Source of the DNA: a virus
Reading direction: 5' to 3' (one strand)
Length of the DNA: 64,000 nt
Virus record (IMG/VR): IMGVR_UViG_3300025012_000956
Location: 1 to 64,000 of that record
Below, piece after piece: positions 40,102 through 50,302 of the stretch. Made by a program: the position numbers and the translations under genes. The number at the start of each line of letters is the position of its first letter. The stretch's first letter is position 1. A model generated the notes under the pieces. It searched no databases. It saw only the letters and a list, made by a program, of their open reading frames with translations, and was not told the DNA's origin.

Positions 40102-41546
40102 TAATAAATGGATATGAGTACATACCAAGAGAACAAAGAAAGCACATATTACTTCTTAGTGATGATCTCCGAATGAGTTCAGGGGTAGGAACAGCATCTA
40201 GAACATTTGTTATGGGAACAGCTCATAGATTTAATTGGTTTCAATTGGGTACTGCAATCAATCATCCAGAGATGGGTAAAAGATTTGATCTATCCCAAGA
40301 CTTAAATAATAGATTGGGAATAACAGATGCTCAGGTAATGGTACAACCTCATAATAATTATGGAGATCCAGACTTAATAAGAATGCTATTACATGAGTTT
40401 AAGTTTGATGCAATAATGCACTTCACAGATCCAAGACAGTGGCTTTGGTTATATAATATGGAACATGAAATTAGGTTACAAATGCCCATATTTTTTTACC
40501 ACGTTTGGGATAATTTACCATATCCTGAATATAATAAAACATATTATCAATCGTGTGATTGGATTGCGTGTATAAGTAAACAAACAGAAAATATTGTAAA
40601 GAATGTTTGGAATGAATTTGGACCAGAAGATTGGCAAGTTACATATATACCCCATGGTATAGATGAAAAAGAATATTACCCCACAACAGAACTAGAACCT
40701 GGGTTAAACAGAGAGGTTGAGGGTCATATTAAAACTGATTATGATATGATGTTAGATATGAAAAAGAAGATATTTGGAGAAAATGAGTTCGACTTTATAG
40801 TATTTTATAATAATAGGAATATAAGAAGAAAAAGTCCATCGGATATTATATTGGCATTTGTAGAATTATTAAAATCTTTACCTAAAGAAAAAGCAGATAA
40901 GTGTGCCTTACTTATGCACACTCATGTTGTAGATTTTAATGGTACAGATTTGAATGAGGTTAGGAATATGGTTGGACGTGGCTGGGAAAGAAATATTCAT
41001 TTTCATGAGACTAAAGTTAATCCTATAGAATTAAATTATCTTTATAATATGAGTGATATCACAATAAACATAGCTGCCGCAGAGGGATTTGGATTATCAA
41101 CTGCGGAATCATTGATGGCGGGTGTGCCAATTTTAGCAACTGTTACAGGTGGATTACAAGATCAAATGGGATTTAAAGATGAAAACGGAAAATATATAAA
41201 GTTTACAAAGGACTTTGGTAGCAATCACGATGGCAAAATAAAAGGTACTCATGGTGAATGGGTATTTCCTATATTCCCAGCAGCTAGAAGCTTAGTTGGA
41301 TCTCCTCCTACACCATATATATTTGATGATAGAGTACGATGGGAAGATACGGGAATATTGTTAAGGGAAATTTATGATTTGGGTAAAGATGAATTAAGAA
41401 GACGTGGGTTAGAAGGAAGAAAGTTTGTATTAAAAGAAGAAGTTGGAATGAGTGCTAGCAATATGTGTAATAGATTTATTACTGGAATGGAAAAGGCCTG
41501 GGAAAAATGGAAACCTAGAAATAGGTACAGCATAATTAAATTTTAA
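40098..41546 (+). CDS. GT-B (GT4-like) glycosyltransferase
   Basis: SGVG, IPHGID, NRNIRRK, EGFGLSTAESL.AG.P. Confidence 0.9.
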   Translation: MIINGYEYIPREQRKHILLLSDDLRMSSGVGTASRTFVMGTAHRFNWFQLGTAINHPEMGKRFDLSQDLNNRLGITDAQVMVQPHNNYGDPDLIRMLLHEFKFDAIMHFTDPRQWLWLYNMEHEIRLQMPIFFYHVWDNLPYPEYNKTYYQSCDWIACISKQTENIVKNVWNEFGPEDWQVTYIPHGIDEKEYYPTTELEPGLNREVEGHIKTDYDMMLDMKKKIFGENEFDFIVFYNNRNIRRKSPSDIILAFVELLKSLPKEKADKCALLMHTHVVDFNGTDLNEVRNMVGRGWERNIHFHETKVNPIELNYLYNMSDITINIAAAEGFGLSTAESLMAGVPILATVTGGLQDQMGFKDENGKYIKFTKDFGSNHDGKIKGTHGEWVFPIFPAARSLVGSPPTPYIFDDRVRWEDTGILLREIYDLGKDELRRRGLEGRKFVLKEEVGMSASNMCNRFITGMEKAWEKWKPRNRYSIIKF

Positions 41547-41571
41547 AAATATAAATGAAATATATGAAAAC

Positions 41572-41700
41572 ATGGACAAAATTAAACATTATATAGTATA
41601 TAAAACAACTAATCTAGTTAATGGTAAAATTTATATAGGAATACATTCTACTTTTAATTTATCAGACATAAATAATAAATTGGAGTATAATTATGAATAA
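41572..41700 (+). pseudogene. truncated GIY-YIG (Seg-like) endonuclease remnant, 42 aa
   Basis: MDKIKHYIVYKTTNLVNGKIYIGIHST then degenerates into the next gene's RBS region. Confidence 0.75.
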
Positions 41701-43042
41701 ACCACTGTTATTATGTATTTCTCCTGTTAGAGCTCGGGCCGGGTACGGGTCGCATTCTAGAGATATCGTGCGTTCTTTGATTAAATTAAACAAATATGAT
41801 ATTAAAATTTTAAGTATTCGTTGGGGTACAACACCGTTAAATGTATTAAAACCTGGTATTGATGATGATATTTTAAGTAGACTTCTTTTAAGACCAGAAT
41901 TATCTAAGAAACCTGAGATAACTGTTCAAATTTCGGTTCCAAATGAATATAATGGTGACTTAGGTTTGTTTAATATAGGAATAACAGCTGGTGTTGAAAC
42001 AACAATTTGTTCTCCTCAGTGGTTAGAGGGGTTGAATAGAATGAATTTTAATATAGTGCCATCTAAATCTGCTAAAAGCGTATTTGAAAATTCTGTGTAT
42101 GGTAAAAAAGATCAAATGGGTAATATAGTTTCAGAACTTCGATGTCAGAAGCCTATTTATGTTCTATTTGAAGGTGTAGATACAAATGTATTTAAGAGAA
42201 ACGAAAATATTACTGGAAATATTAAAAGAAAGTTAAATGAATTTCCAGAAGATTTTCTTTTCTTATTTGTAGGTCACTGGTTGAATGGTGAATTGGGTGC
42301 AGATAGAAAAGATACAGGTATGTTAATTAAAATATTTTTGGAAACATTTAAGAATAAATTAAATAAACCTGCACTATTACTTAAGACTGGAAATACTTTT
42401 TCTTATACTGAAAGACAGGAATTATTAGCTAAAGTTAATAGAATAAAAAATGTGATACAGGGGGATTTGCCAAATATATATATACTGTTTGGTGATCTGA
42501 CTCAAGAAGAAATGAATGATTTGTATAACCATACAAAAGTCAAAGTTCATATAACATTTACAAAAGGTGAGGGATTTGGACGTCCACTATTAGAGGCTAG
42601 TTTAAGTGAGAAACCGATAATCGCTAGTGGGTGGAGTGGTCATTTAGATTTTTTGCCAAAAGAAAAAGCAATATTATTGCCAGGTACTATATCCCAAGTT
42701 CATCCAAGTGCAGTTTGGAATGGAGTTATTGAACCAAATTCTCAGTGGTTTAATGTAAATTATTCATATGCTTCTAACATAATGACTGATGTTTGGAAAA
42801 ATTATCAGAAATATGTACCTATGGCAAAGTTATTAGCACAAGAAAACAAAGAAAAATTTTCATTAGATAAGATGGTAGAAGAATTAGATAAATTATTTAA
42901 TGAACATGTTCCAAAATTCGCAGAACAAAAAACTTTTAATATTCCACAGTTACCTCGTTTAACACCAATTAAAATAAAAAATGAAGGTAAAGAAGATAAT
43001 AAGGAAACAGAAGAAATTAAAGAAGTACAAGAAAAACAATAA
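41693..43042 (+). CDS. GT-B (GT4-like) glycosyltransferase
   Basis: AGYG, FLFVGHW, DRKD, GEGFGRPLLEA. Confidence 0.9.
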   Translation: MNKPLLLCISPVRARAGYGSHSRDIVRSLIKLNKYDIKILSIRWGTTPLNVLKPGIDDDILSRLLLRPELSKKPEITVQISVPNEYNGDLGLFNIGITAGVETTICSPQWLEGLNRMNFNIVPSKSAKSVFENSVYGKKDQMGNIVSELRCQKPIYVLFEGVDTNVFKRNENITGNIKRKLNEFPEDFLFLFVGHWLNGELGADRKDTGMLIKIFLETFKNKLNKPALLLKTGNTFSYTERQELLAKVNRIKNVIQGDLPNIYILFGDLTQEEMNDLYNHTKVKVHITFTKGEGFGRPLLEASLSEKPIIASGWSGHLDFLPKEKAILLPGTISQVHPSAVWNGVIEPNSQWFNVNYSYASNIMTDVWKNYQKYVPMAKLLAQENKEKFSLDKMVEELDKLFNEHVPKFAEQKTFNIPQLPRLTPIKIKNEGKEDNKETEEIKEVQEKQ

Positions 43043-43053
43043 GGAGAACCAAA

Positions 43054-43287
43054 ATGTATTATATTAATAAAGTTACAAAAATGCTGGTCAATGCTAAAAA
43101 ATATGATCGTGATGATCCAAAAGTTGAAATATTAACTGAAAATCATTTGGTTACAAAGTCAATAAAAGAAACGCAGTGGTTAGTTATGATATTGGATTCT
43201 GATAAAAACGTAAAAGATGTTATTATATTAGAGGATCAAATATTTAATTCTACCTTTGAACCATTTAAACAGATATTACACGGATAA
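43054..43287 (+). CDS. hypothetical protein
   Basis: AGGAG RBS; 77 aa. Confidence 0.55.
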   Translation: MYYINKVTKMLVNAKKYDRDDPKVEILTENHLVTKSIKETQWLVMILDSDKNVKDVIILEDQIFNSTFEPFKQILHG

Positions 43288-43753
43288 AATTATGGAAAAA
43301 CAAAACTGTCCAAGCTGTAAAACAGAAAATGTAATAGTTGAAAATTTTGAACTTCATAATAAAACAGTGACTACTTTTTTATGCGTTAGATGTGGATATA
43401 CGTCAAATTCAGAGTATAAGATAAATTCTCCTATAGTTCAGCAGATATTTGATAATAAAGATACATCTAAATTAATATTAGATTTACATATATTTGATGA
43501 AAATACTTCTCTATTTTGGTTTCCAATTGTACTAATGAAGAATGATGGAGGAATATTTCCAGAGGGTACACTAGAAGATTGGAAATGGTCATATGTGCCT
43601 ATTATCAAAATAAAAGAAGATGAGAAAGAACAATACGGTTCAGAATTTGAAACTAGATTTGCGGTTGAATTAAAAGAAGTGTTTGATAAATATGATTTTT
43701 TAAGTGCATGTAAAAAATTAGGATTAATTTCCCAAGAAATAATGGTGGATTAA
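43256..43753 (+). CDS. zinc-ribbon hypothetical protein
   Basis: CPSC...CVRCGYTSN; likely start at MEKQ. Confidence 0.6.
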   Translation: MNHLNRYYTDKIMEKQNCPSCKTENVIVENFELHNKTVTTFLCVRCGYTSNSEYKINSPIVQQIFDNKDTSKLILDLHIFDENTSLFWFPIVLMKNDGGIFPEGTLEDWKWSYVPIIKIKEDEKEQYGSEFETRFAVELKEVFDKYDFLSACKKLGLISQEIMVD

Positions 43754-43810
43754 TGCTTAAATATTTTATAATTTTTTATAATTTTTTACAATTTCTCTAT
43801 ATTTATTACT

Positions 43811-43981
43811 ATGAAAACAATACAAATAAAAGAAGAAACTCATTCAAAATTTAAAGATTATTGTAAACAGAATAATCTTAAAATCAATAGTTTTATTGAT
43901 ACTATCTTAGATGAACATATGGAGAAATTAATTGAAAAAGAAAAAAGAAGTTTGGACAAGAATTTGCTCAAATCCAAATAA
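43811..43981 (+). CDS. small RHH-like protein (56 aa)
   Basis: MKTIQIKEETHSKFKDYCKQNNLKINSFIDTIL; paralogue of 19443. Confidence 0.7.
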   Translation: MKTIQIKEETHSKFKDYCKQNNLKINSFIDTILDEHMEKLIEKEKRSLDKNLLKSK

Positions 43982-44878
43982 TAATTCTAACTGTAAAAAA
44001 ATAATAAAATGTAAAAAATCTAAATTTTGTACGAATTGTTCTAAAGTAGGTAAAAATAATCCCAATTTTAGGAAGCATCCGTCTAAAGAAACTATAAGTA
44101 AAATGTCTGAGGCCAATAAAGGTAAAAATAATCCATGGTTTGGTAGACATCGTTCTAAAGAGACTATAGAAAAGATAAGTAAAACCAAAACAGGAAAACA
44201 CCATTCAGAAGAAGCTAAATCAAAAATGTCTGAGTCACATAAAGGGAAACACCTTTCAGAAGAACATAAGAGAAACATATCTAAGGTGCGCAAAGGTAGA
44301 CATCATTCTGAAGAAACTAAGAAAAAATATCTGAGGCACGAAAAGGTAAAATTTTATCTGAAGAAACTAAAAAGAAATTATCTGATGTAAAAAAAGGTAA
44401 ATCCGGGAACAGATTAGGAATACACCATTCTGATGAAACTAAAAGAAAACTATCTGTTGCGCAAAAAGGTAAAAAGAGAAAACCATTTTCAGAAGAACAT
44501 AAGAAAAAACTATCTGACGTGGCGAAAGGCAGAGCTTTATCAGATGAACATAAGAGAAAACTAAGAATAGCAGCTATAAAAAGAATAGAAGAAAATAAAT
44601 TAAATGGTAATCAACTGTGTCCTTCTTACAATCCAATAGCATGTAAAACGATAGACGAGTATGGTAAAGCTAACGGATATTCATTCCAGCACGCAGAAAA
44701 CGGTGGAGAATTTCGTATACTAGAACTCGGTTACTGGGTAGACGGATATGATAAGACTCGAAACGTGGTAATAGAATATTATGAGAAAGCACATAAAAAT
44801 AACATCAATAAAGATGAAAGAAGAAAACAAGAAATTATTAATTTTTTAAACTGTGAATTTATAGAAATTAAAGAATGA
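43932..44878 (+). CDS. Zn-finger/multi-NUMOD3/Vsr-like endonuclease, frameshifted at the A6 run 44322-44327
   Basis: [10 protein letters not shown]; many HSEETKxKxS repeats; joins ORF 44519 (NGGEF...YWVDGYD...IEYYEKAH) with one extra A. Confidence 0.8.
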
Positions 44879-44893
44879 TAAACGAGGATTGTT

Positions 44894-45343
44894 ATGACTA
44901 ATTTTATCGGTGAACATAAAATAAAAAGAATAGAAGAATATATACCTACAAAATATAATGATATTGTAGAAGGAAATATTATTTATTTCAAATATAATAA
45001 ATCTGTACACAATTCAAATCCACATGTGCTGGTTGTTAACAAGCAGTGGAACCACAAGTTACATGGCCTGGTAATAGATTATATGTCTTTATTAGAACTT
45101 CATAAACTTAGGGATTTTATTATTTCTGAAGCAGAAGAAGTAGAACCTAATACAAAAGATACACTTGCAGCTTCTATATATGAATTAAATAGATCTTCTC
45201 AGACACCTCTAACTTTTTATGATACAAGATTAAAGCCTTATTTGAAACAATATTTTAAAGATAGATCTATCTATAGAACATATGAGATAACAGAGATAGG
45301 TAATTTACAATTAGTAAAATATAATTTTGGGAAACTAATATGA
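44894..45343 (+). CDS. hypothetical protein, weakly like T4 gp2 DNA-end protector
   Basis: YFKY...P.VLV...HGL..DY...YRTY pattern. Confidence 0.4.
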   Translation: MTNFIGEHKIKRIEEYIPTKYNDIVEGNIIYFKYNKSVHNSNPHVLVVNKQWNHKLHGLVIDYMSLLELHKLRDFIISEAEEVEPNTKDTLAASIYELNRSSQTPLTFYDTRLKPYLKQYFKDRSIYRTYEITEIGNLQLVKYNFGKLI

Positions 45344-45537
45344 AAAAAATAAAACAATTACAATGCAGATATTCTGGAATTAAATCTAATCGATTTTGGA
45401 AAATTATAAATTCTAGTAAAAAAAATAAAGATGAATTATATTCTCTTGGGTGTGTTTTACAAAATGTTGAAGATTTTGTTTTACGTAGAATAGAGGAAGC
45501 AAATCCAGGTTCAGTTAAACCTGATCAATATTATTAA
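45340..45537 (+). CDS. hypothetical protein
   Basis: Coupled small ORF. Confidence 0.5.
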   Translation: MKKIKQLQCRYSGIKSNRFWKIINSSKKNKDELYSLGCVLQNVEDFVLRRIEEANPGSVKPDQYY

Positions 45538-45539
45538 AG

Positions 45540-46217
45540 ATGGAGAACAAAATGGAAACAATAAGTTATGCAGTATTAGTAAAAGATGAAGTTGAAGAAA
45601 TTTCTAGACTTATAAAATTGCTGAGTCAATATAAAAATGGTGATGAAATAGTCGTAGTTCAAGATATAAGTACGGAAACTGAAAATACGAAGAAAGTAAA
45701 AGAGGTGTTAACAAATTTAATTTTAACAAGTAAGATTACAGATTTGTCATGGTATAAATTTGATGGAGATTATTCTAATATTAAAAACTTTTTAATATCT
45801 AAATGTGTGAATAATTGGATATTTAATATAGATGCAGATGAATATCCAGATGTTTCTTTATTAGACAGTTTACATTCTATTTTAGAATCAAATTCTGGCG
45901 TAGAATTATTTTGGGTACCCAGAATAAATATTGTAAAAGGATTAACAGAACAACATATAAAGGAGTGGCGATGGGTAATGAGTAATATAGAAGGGGTTGC
46001 TGATGAACAAGTTGTGAATTTTCCAGATTATCAAGGTAGAATATTCCGAAATAATAAACAAATCAAATGGAAATATAGGGTACATGAAGTTATAATCGGA
46101 AATACAAATTATGTGCAGTTACCACCTGAACGAGAGTTTGCACTGTGGCACATAAAAGACATACAGCGACAGGTTTTTCAAAACGAATATTATAAAACAA
46201 TAAAAAGGATTGAATAA
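45540..46217 (+). CDS. GT2 glycosyltransferase
   Basis: WIFNIDADE, VPRIN, PDYQGRIF, VHE. Confidence 0.88.
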   Translation: MENKMETISYAVLVKDEVEEISRLIKLLSQYKNGDEIVVVQDISTETENTKKVKEVLTNLILTSKITDLSWYKFDGDYSNIKNFLISKCVNNWIFNIDADEYPDVSLLDSLHSILESNSGVELFWVPRINIVKGLTEQHIKEWRWVMSNIEGVADEQVVNFPDYQGRIFRNNKQIKWKYRVHEVIIGNTNYVQLPPEREFALWHIKDIQRQVFQNEYYKTIKRIE

Positions 46218-46452
46218 TATGACTAAATTTTATTACATTAAACTTCTCAAATTAAAAATAGATCTTCTTGAAAATTATGATGTTGAATTGGATAAGATAG
46301 AGGGAAGATCGTGTGGGGAACTACTAAAAATGAAAAGTGATTTTTTAATGATTCATATACCAATTGATATCAATTATAAATTACTTGAAGATCCTAGTTT
46401 AGCTAGAAATGAAGTTATAATAAATGATAAATTAGTTCGTTTAAATGAATAA
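46210..46452 (+). CDS. hypothetical protein
   Basis: Coupled small ORF. Confidence 0.45.
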   Translation: MNNMTKFYYIKLLKLKIDLLENYDVELDKIEGRSCGELLKMKSDFLMIHIPIDINYKLLEDPSLARNEVIINDKLVRLNE

Positions 46453-47401
46453 TAAAAAAATACTTTTTATAACAGAAAATAATTTTGTTGGTAAAGTTCC
46501 TAGGAATTATCTTAATATGAGGACTGAATATAGCTGGATGCATTCATTAGATGCTTATCATGTGCCCTTATTCGGTACCTGGAATTTAGATAAAGAAGAT
46601 AATTATGATTTGGGTATAATTATTATTCCAAAAAAAATTGAAAAGATGAATAAAGAATTAGATTGGATATCTTTATTTAGAAAATATTGTAAAAAGGTTG
46701 CAATTATGCAAGAAGGTCCTGGGGATTTTTTTCACACCTATTCTATAGAGAATCAGTTTTTTTATTACAATTTGCTTTTAGATTCTGATTTTTTATTATG
46801 TCATAATTCTACTGATGTTCCTTACTATAAAGGGCTGACGGGAAAAAATACATACCCATTACAAAGTTTAATGATTACAGATAATATTAAACCACGAGAA
46901 AAAGAAACCAAGGTTATGATAGGTGGCACATTTTGTTCTTGGTATTCAGGATTTGATTCTTATATTGTAGCACGCGAATTTAGCTGTCCTATATTTGCCC
47001 CATCTATGGGTAGAAAACAAGCTCAAGAAGATTATATTTCTGGCCTAACTTATTTGCCATATATGATTTGGGCTGATTGGATTTATATATTATCGGAATT
47101 TAAATATGCAGTACATTTGATGAGAACATATGCAGCTGGTACGTTTTCACTTAATTGTGCATTTTTATCCATACCTTGTATAGGATATAATTCAATAGAT
47201 ACACAGAATATATTGCATACCAGATTGTCAGTTGATGAAGGTGATATAGAAGCAGCTAAATATTTAGCTGTAAAACTTAGAGATGATAAAGAATTTTATG
47301 AATATCAATCTAGGAAATGTAAAGAGAATTATAATTTATTTTATAGTGAAGAAATATTTCTTCGTAAGTTTGATGAAATTCTTATGAGTGAAAATGTTTA
47401 A
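46445..47401 (+). CDS. putative GT-B glycosyltransferase
   Basis: AAGTFSLNCA...IPCIG C-terminal GT-B-like segment; island context. Confidence 0.55.
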   Translation: MNNKKILFITENNFVGKVPRNYLNMRTEYSWMHSLDAYHVPLFGTWNLDKEDNYDLGIIIIPKKIEKMNKELDWISLFRKYCKKVAIMQEGPGDFFHTYSIENQFFYYNLLLDSDFLLCHNSTDVPYYKGLTGKNTYPLQSLMITDNIKPREKETKVMIGGTFCSWYSGFDSYIVAREFSCPIFAPSMGRKQAQEDYISGLTYLPYMIWADWIYILSEFKYAVHLMRTYAAGTFSLNCAFLSIPCIGYNSIDTQNILHTRLSVDEGDIEAAKYLAVKLRDDKEFYEYQSRKCKENYNLFYSEEIFLRKFDEILMSENV

Positions 47402-47445
47402 ATTTTTGTTTTACTTTTTTTGTTTTACCTATATTTATATATAAG

Positions 47446-47601
47446 ATGGGAAGAAAGAAACTATATATAACACCCAAGGAGATTAAATTGGCCAACACAA
47501 AAAAATCTCTTAAATATTATTATAAAAATAGGACTACAATAAATAAAAAAAGAATGAAATTGTATTATGAAAGAAAAGATATTTCGAAGAAATTGTCCTA
47601 A
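47446..47601 (+). CDS. small basic protein (51 aa) preceding an endonuclease
   Basis: MGRKKLYITPKEIKLANTKKSLKYYYKNR...; same position in the cassette as the RHH ORFs. Confidence 0.55.
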   Translation: MGRKKLYITPKEIKLANTKKSLKYYYKNRTTINKKRMKLYYERKDISKKLS

Positions 47602-48183
47602 TCCAGACAATAATCCAAAATGTAAAAAGAAAATTGTATATAAAAATAAAAGATATTATATAAATGGACTAAAGAAAAAAACTGTATGTAATAGTTGCCA
47701 TTGCTATGGTATACATCCTTCTGAAGAAACAATAAAAAAATAAGCAAAGGTAATTTGGGTGAAAATAATGGAATGTATGGAAAACACCAAAGTATAGAAA
47801 CTATAGAAAAAATTCGCGCTCGAGCTAAAAAAAGGTTTGAGGATCCAAAAGAAAGAGAAAAACAGAGACTTACAGCTATAAAAAGAATAGAAAATAATTT
47901 ATCAATTGGTGGTCAAATTCAACCATGGTTTAATCCCAGGGGTTGTCAAATAATAGATAACTATGGAAATAAAAATGGCTATAAATTTAAACATGAAATG
48001 AACGGAGGCGAAATTTGTATCAGTGGATATTTTCCAGATGGATTAGACGAAGAAAGAAAAACAATAATTGAAATAGATGAGAAACACCACTATGATACAC
48101 ATGGTAATTTAAAAAAGAAAGATGTTGATAGACAGAAATATCTTGAAGGTTTAGGTTATAAGTTTATTAGAATTAAAATATGA
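47567..48183 (+). CDS. Zn-finger/NUMOD3/Vsr-like endonuclease, frameshifted at the A7 run 47734-47740
   Basis: RNCPNPDNNPKC...; joins ORF 47755 (NGGE...FPDGLD...IEIDEKHH) with one extra A. Confidence 0.78.
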
Positions 48184-48608
48184 AAAAAAATAAAAAAATA
48201 ATAGGCGTAGTGGCTTCTAGCTTCGACATCTTCCACCCAGGCCACATAATGATGCTCAAAGATGCCAAAACCATGTGCACATATTTGATTGCGCTGGTAC
48301 AAATTAATCCCGCTTCGGAAAGACCTGATAAAAATAAACCAATTCAGACAATAGAGGAAAGACAGATCATGTTGAAGGGCATTAAATATGTTGATGAAAT
48401 TTACGTATATACAACTGAGGAACAATTATTAGGTCTATTGAAAGTTTTAAATCCTGATGTCCGAATAATGGGTACTGATTGGAAAGGTAAACAATTTACT
48501 GGTTATGAACTGAATATTCCTATATATTGGCATGAACGCAATGCCCATTCATTTTCGACAACATCATTAAGACGTAGAATATGGGAAGAAGAAAATAAAA
48601 AAGGTTAA
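48180..48608 (+). CDS. cytidylyltransferase (TagD/RfaE-like)
   Basis: SSFDIFHPGH (HxGH), KP....ER, G.DW, STTSLR. Confidence 0.9.
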   Translation: MKKNKKIIGVVASSFDIFHPGHIMMLKDAKTMCTYLIALVQINPASERPDKNKPIQTIEERQIMLKGIKYVDEIYVYTTEEQLLGLLKVLNPDVRIMGTDWKGKQFTGYELNIPIYWHERNAHSFSTTSLRRRIWEEENKKG

Positions 48609-48610
48609 AT

Positions 48611-49462
48611 ATGGTTATAAGTATTATACATAATCTATATAAAAGAAATCCCTATATATTAGAAACCGTTAAGTTAAATATAAAGGCACTTGTTGATGCA
48701 GGTGTAGATTTTCAATATATTTTATTTAATGATAGTGGTGATAGAGAAATAGAAAATGATTTAGAAGATTATTTATCATATTCAATTGCATATGCTGGGT
48801 ACAAGTTGAAATATTTTTATAGTCCTATAAACTACGGAATGCATATGTGTGCAGGAGGGTATGTTGGAGCTGAAAAAGAAGGATTAGTTAGAGGAGATAT
48901 TATACACAACATCGGTCAAGATGATGTAATGACTTCTTTATTATATTCTAATGCTTTAAAATATTTTAAAACAGAACCTGATTTATACTTTGTAAGTTCA
49001 AATGGGTATAGAGTTGATGAATCATTGAGGTTTTTGGGAATCATGACTGACTTAAGATTTAATTTAGATTTTAGATATCCGTTAGATGCATTTAAATTGT
49101 GGTTTGGGATGGCACCTCCAGAATATAAAGTAACGCGCGCAAATAATTATTTTTTAGCAAGTGGTACCATGTATAGAAAAGAATTACATAATTTAATAGG
49201 ATATCCAGATTTAGATAATTTTACAGGCGCAGCGGATTTTGAATATTGGGCAAGGATATTATTTAATGGTTATAAAGGTCACTATACCCCTGAGCCAAGT
49301 TGGTATTATAGAATGTCTAAATATTCTGTTGGTGATGAAATAGTGGATGGTTTAATAAATAGAGGAACTATGGAGAAACCTGGACACCAACAATTAGCTG
49401 TTCAGAGAATAAAAGAACATTTTGCTAAGTTAGTAGAAGAACAAAAAGAAAGATTTATATGA
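48611..49462 (+). CDS. GT2-like glycosyltransferase
   Basis: FNDSG, GQDD, ADFEYWAR, YYR. Confidence 0.8.
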   Translation: MVISIIHNLYKRNPYILETVKLNIKALVDAGVDFQYILFNDSGDREIENDLEDYLSYSIAYAGYKLKYFYSPINYGMHMCAGGYVGAEKEGLVRGDIIHNIGQDDVMTSLLYSNALKYFKTEPDLYFVSSNGYRVDESLRFLGIMTDLRFNLDFRYPLDAFKLWFGMAPPEYKVTRANNYFLASGTMYRKELHNLIGYPDLDNFTGAADFEYWARILFNGYKGHYTPEPSWYYRMSKYSVGDEIVDGLINRGTMEKPGHQQLAVQRIKEHFAKLVEEQKERFI

Positions 49463-50275
49463 AAGTATCAGTTATACATAATTTATTTAGAAGAAATCCT
49501 TATGTAAATGATAGTGTGATATTAAATTTAATAGCACTCAGAAACGCACATGTAGAATTTGAATATATTTTATTTAACGACCATGGTGATATTGAAATAA
49601 AAGAAGATGTTAAGGAATATACTGATCTTCCTAACATTAAATATATCTATTCTAATATTAATTATGGAAATCGGATGTGTAGTGGTGGTTGGGTAGGTGC
49701 ACTTACATACATAACAGGAGATTTAATTCATAATATTGGTCAAGATGATGTATTCTCTAGTTTATTTTATGAGATATTTAGAAGCAGAACCTGATCTATA
49801 TTTTATAAGTCAAAATGCTTATAAAGTATCAGAAACATATGATACATTCGGTCTTATGTTGGATGAGAATATATATTTTGATTATAGATTTCCACGTGGT
49901 GCACTTATTCAATGGCTGGGCATATATCCTCCTCATTTTAAAGTTCAAAGGTTATCAAATTATTTCTTAGCACCAGGTACAATGTATAAAAGAAAATTAC
50001 ATGATTTAATAGGACCACCAGATATAGAAACATTCCTCGCGGCAGCAGATCTAGAATATTGGTTGAGAATTTTATATAATAATTATAAAGGGCATTATAT
50101 TTCAACACCTACTTGGTTTTATCGAATGTCAAATTATTCTACTCATAATGAGATAATCGATGGAGTAGTAAACGATGGAGGATTTGAAAACCCTGGACAC
50201 GAACAGGCTGCGGGAAATAGAGTACAGGATAAATATACAAAACTAGTTGAAGAAAATAAGGAGAAATTTATATGA
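49459..50275 (+). pseudogene. tandem paralogue of 48611, frameshifted near 49770-49775
   Basis: ORFs 49459-49794 and 49736-50275 align end-to-end with 48611; about 10 nt missing relative to the paralogue. Confidence 0.75.
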
Positions 50276-50302
50276 ATTATCTTATAACAGGGTTATTATA
50301 AA

